NCBI RefSeq assembly: GCF_006345805.1
Contig: NC_043008.1
Coordinates: 70,184,001 to 70,248,000, forward strand
DNA length: 64,000 nt
Direction of reading: 5' to 3'
Origin: Octopus sinensis
Lineage: Eukaryota
A program made the translations under genes and the position numbers. This document shows, piece by piece, positions 11,886 through 25,417 of the stretch; position 1 is the first letter of the stretch, and every line of letters begins with the position of its first letter. Under the pieces are notes generated by a model that did not search any database, was not told the origin of the DNA, and saw only the letters and a program-made list of their open reading frames with translations.

Positions 11886-11965
<80 letters not shown>
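11886..11965. repeat. (TA)n microsatellite
   Basis: Directly visible. Confidence 0.95.
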
Positions 11966-11968
<3 letters not shown>

Positions 11969-12153
11969 GGTGGCACGTAAAAAGCACCCACTACACTCTC
12001 GGAGTGGTTGGTGTTAGGAAGGACATCAAACTGTAGAAACTCTGCCAGATCAAGACTGCAGCCTGGTGCAGCCATCTGGTTGCCAGCCCTTAGTCAAAAC
12101 CATCCAACCCATGCTAGCATGGAAAACGGACGTTAAACGATGATGATGATGAT
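11966..12153 (+). mobile_element. Family C retroposon, 3' part with (GAT)n tail
   Basis: GGTGTTAGGAAGGACATCAAACTGTAGAAAC...CAACCCATGCTAGCATGGAAAACGGACGTTAAAC(GAT)n. RTE dependence is inferred only. Confidence 0.8.
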
Positions 12154-12241
12154 ATATATACAGAAGAACTTCAATTTTCGAACAACTCCGATCATGAATA
12201 AATTGTACTTTATCTCCTGTCTTTCTTATATTCATTTAATA

Positions 12242-12375
12242 CAGTAGTACCTCGGTTTACAAATGTTACTGATCACAAATAAACCGTGCTTTATATATGT
12301 CTATATCTATCTATATGTATACATAAAGCATGATTTATTTGTGATCAGAGATGTTCGAAAACTGAGGTACTACTG
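12242..12375. mobile_element. Tc1/mariner-pogo (Tigger-like) MITE with TA target-site duplication
   Basis: About 54-bp imperfect TIRs starting CAGTAGTACCTC and ending GAGGTACTACTG; TA at 12240-12241 and 12376-12377. Confidence 0.85.
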
Positions 12376-14544
12376 TATATATATATATATATATATATAG
12401 TAATAGTAATAATAATGATAGTCCATGAGATGGAATTTATGAATATTTAATGCATCACTATGTACCTTTCCACAAACTACGCTTCTTAAGATCATAGTCT
12501 ATATTCCTGAGATGATTTCAGTACAGTTCATATGTATGTGTGTGAGTGTGTGTATGCATATTTATGTATACATATGTATGTCTGTGTATGTGTGTGTATA
12601 TATACATATATATATATGTGAGTGTGTATATATATGATGAATGAGCAAAAACTAGAAAAATACAAGTTTTCAGAAAGGTGTCATTAGTCTCACACTTGAT
12701 AAGAAAAGGGAGAAGTGTCTTTGATATTTTGCACATTAGAGTCCTCCATCTGGAAAAAGAAACAAAAACAGGTAATGGATAGGAGTGAAGATGAAAGAGA
12801 AAAAATGTTTAGGGGCTGAGTGGAAAAGCAGTTCTGTGAGCTGGAGATAAGGTGTATATATATATGTGCATGTGTGTATGTATGTATGTATGTATGTATG
12901 TATGTATATATGTGTATATATATATATATACATAGTATGTCCTGTACTCTGTTTTTTCTGTTGTAAAAAAATGTTTTTTCTGTTTTCGTTTCTCGTTGAG
13001 TTCTACGTCTAGTTGTGGTGTCCTGTACTCATGTGTATATATATTCATATATGCATGTATATATACATGTAGATGTAGGTACGTACATATATGTTTGTAT
13101 GTATGCATATATTTTATTTATTACACTATATATATATATATAATCATCATCTTCATTTAATGTCTGTTTTCTATGGTGGCATGAGTTGGATGGTTTAACA
13201 TGACTTTTAAAAAAAATTTTGGGAGGTAGAGAAAGATGGATTGCAGTTATGATGATGTAGGGTATCTGGGACTGGATGGGAGAATGAAACAAAGAGAGGA
13301 ACTCATGGGTTGTGATCTTCATATCAGAAATTGGTCTCTACTAAATTTTTCTCAGGGACAGATGTTGGTGTTAAGCCAGGCAAAAAATTAAATCTACTGC
13401 CTCTGTCCATTAACAAAGAAAACACAGACATAGAGAAATTCTTCCAAGTGAAACTGGGTATAAAGAGATTATGAAGGAACCTACTCCTAGTGGACTCCCT
13501 CATAATCTCCCTATACTCAGTTTCTCTTGGTATCCTTGATTCATCCCAAGGCTGTGGTAGATGTTTGCTCAAGGTGCCACATAGTAGGGGTTGAATACAG
13601 AATATATGTAATTGCCAAATAAATTTAACAACATCATGTTAATGTCTCTGCCCTATTGGCATGCACATATGAAGGTTTGAAGAGTTGGCTAAGTGATCTG
13701 ACAAGAACGACTTCAATCTAATATACATTAAAATATAATGGTTTCTTTCCTCTGCATATTGAATTTAACTTATAGAGGGTTTCCTGTTGATCTATGTCTA
13801 TCTAGGTACACTAAAATAAATACCAGTAATATACTGTGAACTACTTAATCCATCATATGTCCTTTCCACCATACAATAGATTATTTTCATCTACCTCACC
13901 ATAAATATAAACAAACAAACAAAAATATGTCAATAACAAATTAATTAGAAGTATTTATTGTTCTGGGGGAAAATCTAAACTGGAGAATTTGGTACACACT
14001 TCGTTGGAAGCTTGTTCTGCAGTATTTGTTACCTATGTCAGATTACACAAATATATAGGTACTGTGACTGGCCCCCTGCCAAAATTATTGCTGAGCACCA
14101 TAATATAATGTAAACATTATTGCTGTGTAGCTGGAGGTGTGCTGTTTCAAATAAACGAACTGTTTAAGAATTAGGCCAAGGTTTCACGTCTAAATATTTT
14201 CGAAACCACATACTTACTTAACAAAGAATCATTAAAAGTCATATAGTACAATGAGGAATTAATTAATACCGAATAATTTCTTTGTTTTTCTATTTTTGCA
14301 ATTCTTTAATTAATGCATTGGCATTCTTTCTTAGGAAGACACTAGTTTGTTTCTTGTGTAATTTAAGAAAACTAATGTCTACACAAAACGGAACCGAGTC
14401 TGGTTCAGATTTCTTCTCAGAAAGTACTCTCATTTCAAATCCATTTAGCATAGAACTTCTGAAAGTTAATCCCTGCTAGAAATGGTTTCATTGTTGCTGT
14501 TATTGCTACTGCTGTTGTTGTTGTTGTTGTTAATACTGTGAGGG

Positions 14545-14715
14545 CGGAGATTTGCCAGAATCAGCAGAAAGTGTTGGACTAAATATCTTCTGGTGGTAGT
14601 AGATTACTTTTCTTTGTTACTTTCTGAATTTGAATTCTACAATGGCTGACTTTGCATTTCCTGCTTCTGGAATTGGTAACATAAATATCAGTCATGCACT
14701 AGAACACACTGACTA
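14545..14715 (+). mobile_element. SINE B, degenerate
   Basis: GGCGGAGATTTGCCAGAATC head, TGAATTTGAATTC B-box-like motif and GACTTTGCATTTCCTG central domain. Confidence 0.55.
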
Positions 14716-14891
14716 ACACCCTTTTACTTGCAAATAGACGATTCCAATCATGTACAGCAAAACACTAACTATTTACAAATAGACAACACAAATAATGTAA
14801 TGAATCTCACTAACTACACCCCTTTATCTACAAATAGACCATACCAATAACTGTGAGAAGCTGTTTGTCTTTTATATATATATATTTATTG

Positions 14892-15249
14892 GGCAGACAT
14901 GGCTGTGTGGTAAGAAGTTTCCTTCTCAACCACATAGTTTCAGGTTCAGTCTCACATCATAGCACCTTCAGCACATGTCTTTTACTATAGTCCTGAGCCA
15001 ACCAAGACCTTGTGAGTGGATTTAGTAGATGGAAACTGAAAGACCATTGTATGTATATATATCTGTGAGTGTTTGTGTGTGTGTGTGCATGCATTTCTGT
15101 TTGTCCCCCACCACTGTTTTACAGCTGGTGTTGGCTTGTTTACATCCCTGTAACTTAGTGGTTCAGCATAAAAGACTAACAGAATAAGCATCAGGGTTAA
15201 AAAAAAACTATGTCCTGAGGTTGATTCATTCTACTAAAATCCTTGGAGG
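14892..15249 (+). mobile_element. SINE A, nearly full length, 3' tail interrupted
   Basis: GGCAGACATGGCTGTGTGGTAAG head, CORE-like ACCTTCAGCACATGTCTT, internal TA/TG repeat; breaks just before the GGTGCTCCAGC tail. Confidence 0.8.
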
Positions 15250-15420
15250 AAAAACCAGGAGCACCGGTAGAGGACTCCTTCAAAGGCACTTGCTGTATGT
15301 GTGACTGCCATTCCCATGGGATCTTCTACAGCCACAGCAGATGCTGCACCACCATCTGCTGCTGACACAGTTTCTCTGGGTGCAGATCCATGGTCGCTTG
15401 AGACTGTTGCATGCCTACTA
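15250..15420 (+). mobile_element. RTE-clade LINE 3' remnant
   Basis: Frame ...DSFKGTCCMCDCHSHGIFYSHSRCC resembles CxxCxRDCHSRIGLYSHSRRC. Tail CCATGGTCGCTTGAGACTGTTGCATGCC resembles the RTE tail near 1067-1100. Confidence 0.6.
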
Positions 15421-16103
15421 TTACACCAAGAATATAAAGGCTCACACGAACTACACCCCTTTACTTACTAATTACTTACAAATGGAGCATATCAATAATT
15501 TCTGGGGGTATATTGAATTGCCTTCAATCCTTTTCGTTCTCAAATTCCTATAAAATCATTTCTGACAGAGCAACAGACGGCAGATTTGGTAAAATGCTTT
15601 AAAAATTCTCATGGCAATTACCAATGTTCTTTTACAGTATTCATTTTAATCTTGCCAATGTCAATTTGGCCTTTCATCCTCTCTAAATTCAGAAAATACA
15701 TACCAGTTATATACTGAAGGATTTATCTGTACCATTTAAATTTTATGGCACATATTCTTCATTAGAAATACCAATTATCAATTTTTGGAAGCAATGGAGT
15801 GAAACTATAGGGAAAGAGAAAACAGTTTATTAATCACCTTTATTTTATTTATTATTTTTTTTTTTTGTATTTTCTATATTCTCTGTTCCACTGTAGCCTG
15901 TGCTGACATTATCTTTCATAGTTATGAAGTTGTTAAAATAAATATCACACATGCCTGTAGTTAATTAAAATGGTTACATACTCTACATTTGTGGTTTTGG
16001 TCATTATTGGAGAAATCTTTATCTGATTTTATTCTTCTATGTTCTCTAATGAAACTAATAAAGTTATAAATTTTACTTCACTGAAGTATATGTTTCTATA
16101 TGC

Positions 16104-16139
<36 letters not shown>

Positions 16140-16604
16140 TTTAATAGAAATCAGTTGTCTGATACTATAGATTTTATGTGCCTATCTTTGCAGTTATAGA
16201 TACTCTGACTGAATAATTGCAAAGATACTTCCACAAAACCTATGGTATTAGGCTACTGATTTCCGTTAAAAAATATTTATCCACCCATCTGAGGTTGAGT
16301 TATATTCTTGTTTGTCTCTAACATATCTATATGTATGTTTGTTTATAAAAACACACACACACACACACATGCACGCAAGCCACCTTCTTGTATCTTGAGC
16401 ATATACTCTGACACTTTGTCACCACCGTCATTGTTTTCTTTCCAGCTACATCTCCTCTTATGTAATGTGGAGGTGGCCATGCATCTCCTCTATAGCAAGA
16501 CACTTACTCCTGTTCCTCATTCATATTTGAGCCTCTCAATACCTGGCATAAAGCCAACCCCTCTCTGCCCCCCCCCCACACCTCATTCAAGTGGCTTCTT
16601 TTCC

Positions 16605-16720
16605 TCAGTAGTGTTGGTGTCATTAAAAAAGCACCCAGTAAACCCTGAAAGGAATCCAACTTTAGAAACCTATGGCAGCATGGAAGACAGATGTTTGATG
16701 ATGATGATGATGATGATAAA
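16605..16720 (+). mobile_element. Family C variant, internally deleted, (GAT)n tail
   Basis: AAAAAGCACCCAGTA followed by GGCAGCATGGAAGACAGATGTTT(GAT)n. Confidence 0.55.
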
Positions 16721-17656
16721 GATAATGATGGTGTTGGCAGTGGTGGCTGCTGCAGCACTACCACTGCATATTTGAAAATGCGTATTGAAATGAAACTCAG
16801 AGTACATAGCCAAAATTCTCACCAGCCTGGCACAAATATTCTATTACTACACAATTGCATATGTTTTTCAAATTTCCTGCTATAGTGCTTTTAACATGGT
16901 CCCTAGGCACCAAGAATAAATATATTATAACCTTATAGGAAATAACTCTTAATTAACACAAGCTGAGATAATTTACATATTAGTTTACCAATGCACTAAC
17001 ATCATATGCACGTTTAAATAGATTTCATATAAACATATAATAAAGAGTATTCATCTGTTTAAAGCATATAAATGTTGGATGAAACTAGAGAACTTCAGCT
17101 TGAAGTTGTTGGTGTACTAATAATTTATTAACAGTTGGGCAAACTAACATCAATATACAAATTAGCTCCCCCTCTGTGAATTGAGATGTATTTCTGTATA
17201 GTTATAAGCTATATCTTCTTGGCACACTGGCTGTGAATTAAATGGAATTTGATAATTAATTTTAAATGATCGAAACTCTACACCTCCCTCCAAAATTTGC
17301 ACTGAGCTTCTAAGAACATACAATATATTCCCTAGATTTATTCTATAAGTGTTGTAGAATACATGTGCATGCAGTACACACATTTGGAGCAGACAATGAG
17401 GGAACCACAGTAACTAAATTCTTCAAGTCAATTTTAAAATCTTAAAAGAAAAAGAGAAAAAGATGATCCAGAACCTAAGGAAGCTGAGATTTATGATGGC
17501 ATGAATGTTTGTTGAGAAAAATATTGCATTAACTTGATTTGTCATGAAGAGTAAAGATTCTGATGTTTTGGACAATTAACTTTCAACAGAAAGAGAGAAA
17601 ATATTCATTCTCCCCAAGCCCAAGTGTCCAGAATATTTAATTCTAAATTTAAATCC

Positions 17657-17866
17657 TTTACTTGTTTCAGTCCTTAAACTGTGGCCATGCTGGGGCACCA
17701 GCATGAAGAGTTATAATTCGAATGAATTGACACCAGTACATTTTTCTGTTAAGCTTGGTACTTATTCTATTGGTGTCTTTTGCTGCACTGTTAAGCTACT
17801 GGGATGTAAACACTCCAAGTGGTAGTGGGGGACAAACATAGACATAAACATACACACTCACAAATG

Positions 17867-17926
<60 letters not shown>

Positions 17927-18267
17927 AAAATTCAGAAGGGTATTAGAATTCCACTTGTTATAAACAGAGCTATCCCTCTAAACCCCAAATTACTCTCTAT
18001 TAAAATACACATGGGTGAATAAATGAATATAACAGAAATAGGCCTACCTTGTAGGAACTACAAAAGTAAGGAATATGGATATTCGAGAATCACTTGATTT
18101 TGCTTTCTGTATGAGAAACATAAAGCTCATCAACCAGACTCACTGCAAATCATGACACTTTAGTTAGCCTGAGGCTATAGTACAATACTTACTCAAGGTG
18201 CCACACACTGGGATGGAACCTGGAACCATGAGGTTGGGAAACAAGCTTCTTACCACACAGCCATGCC
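17657..18267 (-). mobile_element. SINE A split by (TA)n (17869-17922) and an unrelated insert of about 210 bp (17923-18130)
   Basis: 3' half at 17657-17868 and 5' half at about 18135-18267 both match family A. Confidence 0.7.
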
Positions 18268-18571
18268 TACATCTTTACAAAATGTATGAACCTATTATAA
18301 TAGATTATGATGATTATAGAGGCACACACTCACACATTTATATTCATTTGTGTGTGTTGTAAATATGCCAGACTTTTTGAGCTTTATTTAGTTGTCTGGC
18401 TTCACGTGGTTGTTTAAAACACCAACTGAACAATTCATTGTATGTATAAATAAGCACACATACACATATGTATAAATAAGCACACATACACATGCAGACA
18501 TAAATGTATGCATGCATGAATAAGTATGTATGCTTGTATATACATAAAGGTTCATATACATATATATATAT

Positions 18572-18702
18572 TCATCATCACCATCATTATCATTATTTAA
18601 CATCTGTTCTCCATGCTAGCATGAGTTGGACATTTTGACAGAAGCTGACCAGCTGTTCAGGCTCCATGCCTGTTTTGGCATGGTTTCTATGGCTGGATCC
18701 CC

Positions 18703-18703
<1 letters not shown>
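18572..18703 (-). mobile_element. Family C 3' fragment
   Basis: TTTAACATCTGTTCTCCATGCTAGCATGAGTTGGAC preceded by (CAT)n. Confidence 0.7.
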
Positions 18704-18734
<31 letters not shown>

Positions 18735-18817
18735 TTCAAAAGTAAATAGACACCCCCTATTTTGCTGTTTTATCTCTGCAGGTACTACTCATTTGTACGA
18801 TACCCAAAGTGATTGTT

Positions 18818-19057
18818 GATAGTCCATCAGTGTCTGATGATAACAAAATCTGTGTTCTCAGCAATGAGAGAGAGCAAGTGACCCCACAGTCCAAAGCTAG
18901 AAGCACAGGTGTCACAATGATAACCTGTTGACTGGATTGAGGCAGACACTGTACTGACACCTGTTTCTTGCAGCAATGAAATGCTGTCACTGGTCCTCTT
19001 TGAAGGCAGCTGTTGCTTGTGGGGCAAGAGACCTCCACGATAGTCTCTCTGCAGCAG
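18818..19057 (-). mobile_element. RTE-clade LINE 3' remnant (frameshifted)
   Basis: Across frames: LSWRSLAPQATAAFKEDQ*QHFIAARNR...ASIQSTGYHCDTCASSFGLWGHL, then tail ATCATCAGACACTGATGGACTATC. Confidence 0.6.
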
Positions 19058-20639
19058 AGGTTTAATTAGTATGATGCCTTAAGTAATTAAATCATTAGAA
19101 ACTGCACAAGGCATGTCTACTAAATATTGGGATAAGTATTTTGATGTGTCAAATAACAATATTGGGCTTCAAGAAAAAATAATTCTTTAAAATCATTTAC
19201 TGTCTGTGTATTTGTATCCTCTGCCTCCTCCTCCTCCTCATCATCATCATTATCATCCTCATTGTTTTGCATTTAATTTCCATGCAGGCATTGGCTGGGT
19301 GGGTCATCATAATCCATTTCAGTTTCTATTTTAAGTTACTACATTCTTACATCACCAACCACACATGCTTCTATGTGTTTTGCTTGTTCATCAGTACATG
19401 GTGGTTTAGCACTGTGGGGCTGGCTCCCTCAAATTGCTGAGTGTATCCCTTAATAAAACAACTGAACTTTTATACTATTGCCACCAATGAATCTCTCTCC
19501 AGATAATTTTAACCAATTACTTGTTAACACTGTTTTCAAAATTTTACTGAGGATTTAAATTTCATTGTAATTTTGAAAGCAAGCACATCTCTTCATGTCT
19601 ACCTACCTAGTAGTTAGTTGACAGTCATTATAGCACTCAGCAGTTGTCATATTATGGGTCTGTCACCTAACTTGAAGTGGTTAATGAGAATGAGTTTTAT
19701 CCATCATGCTATGGCAATCAGTACTATTTTGGTGTGGGTGTCCCACCATTCAGAATCACCTCATCTGAATGATCACATAAGCTTTACTTGTGTCAGTGAA
19801 ATATCTTATAATGCAGTTCTGAACCAAACTGTTAATACAAATATTTAACTTTCACAACCTGCATTAAGAGATCTTGATTTTTGTTTGTACACAGTACTGT
19901 ATGTTTGTATGTGTGTATGTATGCATGCATGTGTGTGTGCGTGTGCATGTGTGTAAAGGCATATATATACACATGTATGTATATGCATTTATTTGTGCTT
20001 ATATAGATATGTAAATATCATATATATATATATATACACACACCCACACTCACACATTTCCATATACATATCTTACCTTTACATATGTGTGTGTCTGTGT
20101 ATGTATATATTCACTTATAAATAAATACATATACTTTAAACATGTCCATATAAATCAAGGATTTGGTAATTTTTTTAAATTGAATCCAACTTGAAATTCT
20201 CCTAAAGGATATCTACAAAATAGTAATGCAAAAGAAACAAGTGATTCTTTGAAACTACCAGAAAATCTAAATCTGTGTTAGCACTAGAGAAATGGCTTTA
20301 TAACCCATCCATTGAAGTGAGTCAAAGACAAAGGGAAGTGGAAGGTGGGGAAGAGGAGAAGCACTAAAAATTATGATGAGGAAACAAAATGTTTTAGAGT
20401 ATGTCGGACTTAAATCAAAGTGCGAAGATTTGTGCCATTTTCACTTCAAATCAAACATTTTCTTTTTTTCATTCTTTGATGTCTTTTTGAATTTTTGTTG
20501 TTTGATGTTTAGTCTTTGTAATATTGTTGTTTGTTATATTTCATTTTATTTGTTAGTTATTAGTTGTTTTATTTATTTATTTATTTATTTTTTGTTTTTA
20601 GGAAGTCCTCTTAAAAGTTCAGATTCATGCAAATAAAGT

Positions 20640-20845
20640 GTGAGTGTGTGTATATATATATGTATATATATATGCATGTATGTGTGTATATATATATATG
20701 CATACATACATTTATATATATATGCATACATATATTTATATATATATATGCATACATATGTATATGTTTATAAGTGTATGTATATGTATGCATACATACA
20801 TATATATATGTATGTTTATATGTATATGTGTGTTTATGTTCATGA
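20640..20845. repeat. Compound TA/TG/TATGCA microsatellite
   Basis: Directly visible. Confidence 0.9.
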
Positions 20846-21599
20846 GTTGCCTCATAACTTCTCTCATCATCACCCTCATCACCTCCAGCCACTAGCAATA
20901 GCAACACCTCCACCAATACCATCACTTCATAACAAAACTTTTTTCACTTCATTTGGTCCATTTCAACAGAATCTAATTTGAAACATATTCACAGAAATAT
21001 ATTTACATTTACTTAAGAAACACTAAGATATAAAAGAGAAAACAAATAAGAGTAAAAAACAAAAATATCAATTCACAGCAATGCCATGATACCCATTTAA
21101 GTGTCTTGGCATCAAGTGTTGAAAATTTTAGTTATATTTGGCCTCCGGGCAGTTGTTGTTTCAACACAATTGTAAAGCGTGACATATTGCACTCATTGTA
21201 TTCATACGAAAGGTCAAAGGCTCTTGGAGAAAATTGCTGTATTCTCTAAATCCTGAATCCAGTTCTGATACAAGTTGTTCAAATTGAAAAGACTAAGAAA
21301 AGACTTGAGAAATGTTGCTAAAAGAAAGCTGCTTTCTTTCCTATGGACATTAAGCAAAGTTTTCTTGTCAGTTGACTTAAAATATTCAATTGATTTTTTT
21401 TGTTTTGATATTTGTTTTTCTTTCTTTTTTTCTGTACCTCCCACCTACCCACCCCATGCATTTTATGTTCTTATCTTTTGTTTAATTATTTTTTCCTTTA
21501 TTTTTGTTGTTGAAACTGGACAGTTTAAAATCTGTAGATCTAGTCAGAAGTTATAACTAAAACCTTGTATATTTTCTCAATTTTGAGAGATAGGACAAA

Positions 21600-22145
21600 G
21601 TGAGATGTTGACTGCAGGGAGAAACAGTGTGTATATGTTGACTACAAAGAGAAACACTGTGTAGATGTTGAATAGATAGATGAACACAGTGTGTAGATAT
21701 TGACTGGATACATAGATACAATATGTGCGTGCAGATGTTGACAGGGTATAGAAAAGGCAGCGTGCAGAAGTTTTCTGGATATATAGACACAGTGGGTAGA
21801 TGTTAACTGGATAGACATGTGCATTGTGCTAATGTTGACTGGGTAGGAGGAGCATGTGTAGATATTGACAGGGCAGATAGCCACAGTGTATTGATGTAGA
21901 CTCGATAGATAGACAGTGTGCGGATGTAGAGTGGATAGACAGACGCTGAGTTTAGATAGACAAAGTGTATAGGTGTTGCCTGGATAGATATAATGTGTAG
22001 ATGTTGACTGTATGGATAAATATTGTGTAGATATTGATTTGGTGTATAAAATGGTGTGAACATGTTGACTATATATATGTGTGTACTGTGTGTATGTAGA
22101 TGTCTAGATAGACAGACACAATGAATAGGTACATTATGATGTTGA
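21600..22145. repeat. Degenerate minisatellite, unit about 28-32 bp, consensus near GTGTAGATGTTGACTGGATAGATAGACACA
   Basis: AGATGTTGAC/AGATATTGAC recurs about every 30 bp for roughly 17-18 units. Confidence 0.8.
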
Positions 22146-22989
22146 ATTAATTGTGGCACTCTGTAAAAATTATTAAGATATTTCCAGTGTGCTGATTATC
22201 TCTTAAAATTCTGTTCTTTAATGTAATTTCTTAATGTTCACAGACCATTTAAGTTGTCAGTAAACAAGAAACATTTAAATTAGTATGTTTTCTAAGCAAT
22301 ATGGAAGTAAATAGTGAAGCAATGTCATTACTGATTCTGATGATGAGCCTTCAAAAAGAAGTAATTATGTCTAACTCAATCTTCCATATTTGTTGCTGAA
22401 ATAGTATTAGATATCGATGACCATGTTCACATCCCACTGAAGTCAACTTGGCCTTTCGTTGTTTTTGGGTTGATAAAATATGTACTTGGGTCTGTTCTCC
22501 AACAAATTTCCAGTTCTTGTGCCAATGCTAGAAACAATTATTTTTATCTTGACCACTTATTTCAGCCATTTATCTGAATATATTTTAGCTTTTTGATGTT
22601 TTAATCAGTAAAAGTGCTATCATTTACATAACATTCATCATTTTAGCTTGTCTAGTTTCACTTCTTATATAGTTGATTGAGATTGATAAAACTGTCTTGA
22701 GATGCTGACTAAATATTAACAATTGACACATACATTTCTGTAAGTCTGTTGCCTGGCTTTCCTAGAACATATTTAGATATTGGAGCAGAGTTCCAAGTAA
22801 ATAAAATCCAAACTCATAAATTAACATTTGGTGGCTTAAATAAGAATGAAAAATGAAATCATTTAATGAGGAGATATGGAAAGGTTTTTGAGATAATCAT
22901 TTATATTTTGTCAAAAGAAAGAAAGCTCTACAAGACATGGAACAAGCAAATATTTTATCAAAATGTAGGTTTGATCTGATCAACTATAA

Positions 22990-23300
22990 TCATCATTATC
23001 ATCATTTAGCGTTCATTTTCCATGCTGGCATGGGTTGGATGGTTTGATACGGTCAGCCGAGGAGTGTCCAGAGTTTAATTGTCTGTTGTGGCATGCTTTC
23101 TCATTCCACTTGTCTGTTGTGGATGCTCTTCCTAATGCCAACCACTTTACTGAATGTGCTGGATGCTTTTTATGTGCCACTAGTATAGGTGCATTTATGC
23201 ATCACTGGCATGATTGTATTTTATGTAGCACCAGCACCTGTAAAGGACAAGCTTGTATGTATGGATGACTGATTTTACTTAACTTGGCATATCTTAGAGC
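22990..23300 (-). mobile_element. Family C retroposon with short internal subrepeats
   Basis: (CAT)n, TTTTCCATGCTGGCATGGGTTGGA, GATGCTCTTCCTAATGCCAACCAC, then repeated GCTTTTTATGTGCCAC-like units. Confidence 0.75.
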
Positions 23301-23443
23301 ACAACACCTCCTAGTCCTTTGTCATTTCCTCAGTGAGGAATTTCCCATGTCTTCTTGGGTCTACCCCTTCCACAGGTTCTCTCCACAATTAGACCTTACC
23401 ACTCTTTTATGCTGCTGTCCTCATCCATACACAACTATAATAT

Positions 23444-23727
23444 ATATATTTATTTATAATAAGGGCATTACTACACATAAATGCCTCACACTATGAGGGA
23501 CTCTTAAAGTCAAAACTACTATAATAAATACTAAGCAACATTCAGCCGCATATCATATGATGTCATAATTAGTGCACAAAATGCACTTTTTTTTAAGGAG
23601 CTCGCTTCTAGAGTTACATTCCCTCGCATTCGGTACGCTGTATTTATTATGGGAGTTTTGACTTTAAGGGTCCCTCATAGCATGAGGCATTTATGTGTAG
23701 TAATGCCATCATTATAAATAAATATAT
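23444..23727. mobile_element. Fold-back MITE with 88-bp terminal inverted repeats in TA-rich flanks
   Basis: 23444-23531 is the reverse complement of 23640-23727 with about 7 mismatches; 108-bp spacer; superfamily not assignable. Confidence 0.85.
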
Positions 23728-23841
23728 TTAAAGGGAATAATTATAATTCTTTCCTTATGAGGTTTTTCACGCTGACTACTTGATGAATTCTTATAAAGAT
23801 TTTATCTTATTTCTAATTTAAAATATATATATATATATATT

Positions 23842-24265
23842 CTTTTATTCTTTTACTTGTTTCAGTCATTTGACTGTGACCATGCTGGAGCACCACCTTA
23901 AAGGGTTTTTAGTTGAAGAGCTCGGTCTCAGGACTTATTTGTTGTAAGCCTAGTACTTATTCTATCAGTCTCTTTTGCAAAACTGCTAAGTTACGGGGAC
24001 ACACCAGCATTGGTTGTCAACCAATGGTGGGGGTGGGGGTGGGGGATGGACAAACAGAAATACACACAAACATACACACATAAATATATACCAATATGTA
24101 TATATATATATAACAGGCTTCTTTCAGTTTCTATCTACCAAATCCACTTACAAGGTTTTGGTCGGCCTGAGACTATAGTAAAAAATACTTGCCCGAATTG
24201 TTATGCTGTGGGACTGAACCCAGAACCATGGGGTTGGGAAGCAAGCTTCTTACCACACAGCCATG
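23842..24265 (-). mobile_element. SINE A, full length
   Basis: Head, CORE-like block, internal microsatellite and GGTGCTCCAGCATGG...CAGTCAAATGACTGAAACAAGTAAAAG tail all present on the minus strand. Confidence 0.88.
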
Positions 24266-25075
24266 ATATATAGTATACTTTGGGTTAAAACCTCATAACA
24301 TGTATTTTAGAGCTTTTACATTGTTATTTGGCTACCATATGATATCCTAGAGGGCTGGATACATATGCAGAACTCCTCTTTGAACCCCGATGGAGCACCC
24401 ATGCATGGCTGTCACTTAAAAGTATTCAACTTTATGATAATTATAAAGAATGGTCTTCTGTAATTTATTATAAAAGAAATCAGTTTTAAATCATATAATT
24501 TAATATGTTGACTCCATTATTGTAATCTTAATAAATTAAAAATATTATCATTATTTGATATTTGTTATAATTATTGTCATCACCGTCATTATCTATTAAT
24601 ATTAATTAATCACAAAATCAGTTGAAGACAATATTGTGGTATTTAGCCCCAAATCTATAAGCTCTCAGTTCAAAACTTCATTGAAGTCTACATTGCATTT
24701 TGCCCTTCTATGCCAATGCATTTATGTGTGTGTGTAATATTTATAATATTTATGTACATATATCTTTACATAGATATAGTGGTAGATATATACCACTATA
24801 TGGTGGTAGTTAAATACTGGGACTAGTTTACTTAACCATTTCTATTCCTCTCAAACAAACAGCCTTCCCTCTATTAGGATACAGAATCAGTAGATCATTG
24901 AACAAAATAAACTTTGTGTTATTTACTTGACTGTTTACATTCTGAGCTTAAGTCCTGCTAAGGTCGACTTTGTGTTTCATCTTCCTAGTGATTGATAAAA
25001 TAAGTGAAGTACTTAGGTTGATAAAATTGATTATATCCATCACTAAAATATCTGTCTGTGTTTCTTTTATTATTA

Positions 25076-25108
<33 letters not shown>

Positions 25109-25417
25109 TTATTATGGAGAGACTAGAGATTTTAAGCAAAGAAGCTGAAGATATCGACCTAATATTAAATATTAGTTTCCTGAATGTTGACTGCAGAATA
25201 TTTACTGGATGTTTCTATACTAGATTACCCCCACTTCTTTCTCTCCCTCTGTCCTTCCATTTGTGTGTGTGTGTGTATGTATGTGTATATACATATATAT
25301 GTATATATGTATATACACACACATATGTGTATATACACACATATATGTATATACACACACATATGCATGTATTTCCACACACAGATGTGGATGCATGTAT
25401 ATGTACAGGAGGAGGTG

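Noticed and set aside
12938-13030. 12-bp direct repeats (TGTCCTGTACTC) flanking about 70 bp, a possible TSD
   Set aside because: The interior has no recognisable element ends; could be an internal repeat of an unidentified remnant.
16308-16775. 155-aa ORF
   Set aside because: Spans (AC)n, a family C variant and (GAT)n; no recognisable domain or splice support.
24027-24050. G-quadruplex candidate GGTGGGGGTGGGGGTGGGGGATGG
   Set aside because: Only three long G runs, inside a SINE A copy; no evidence of function.
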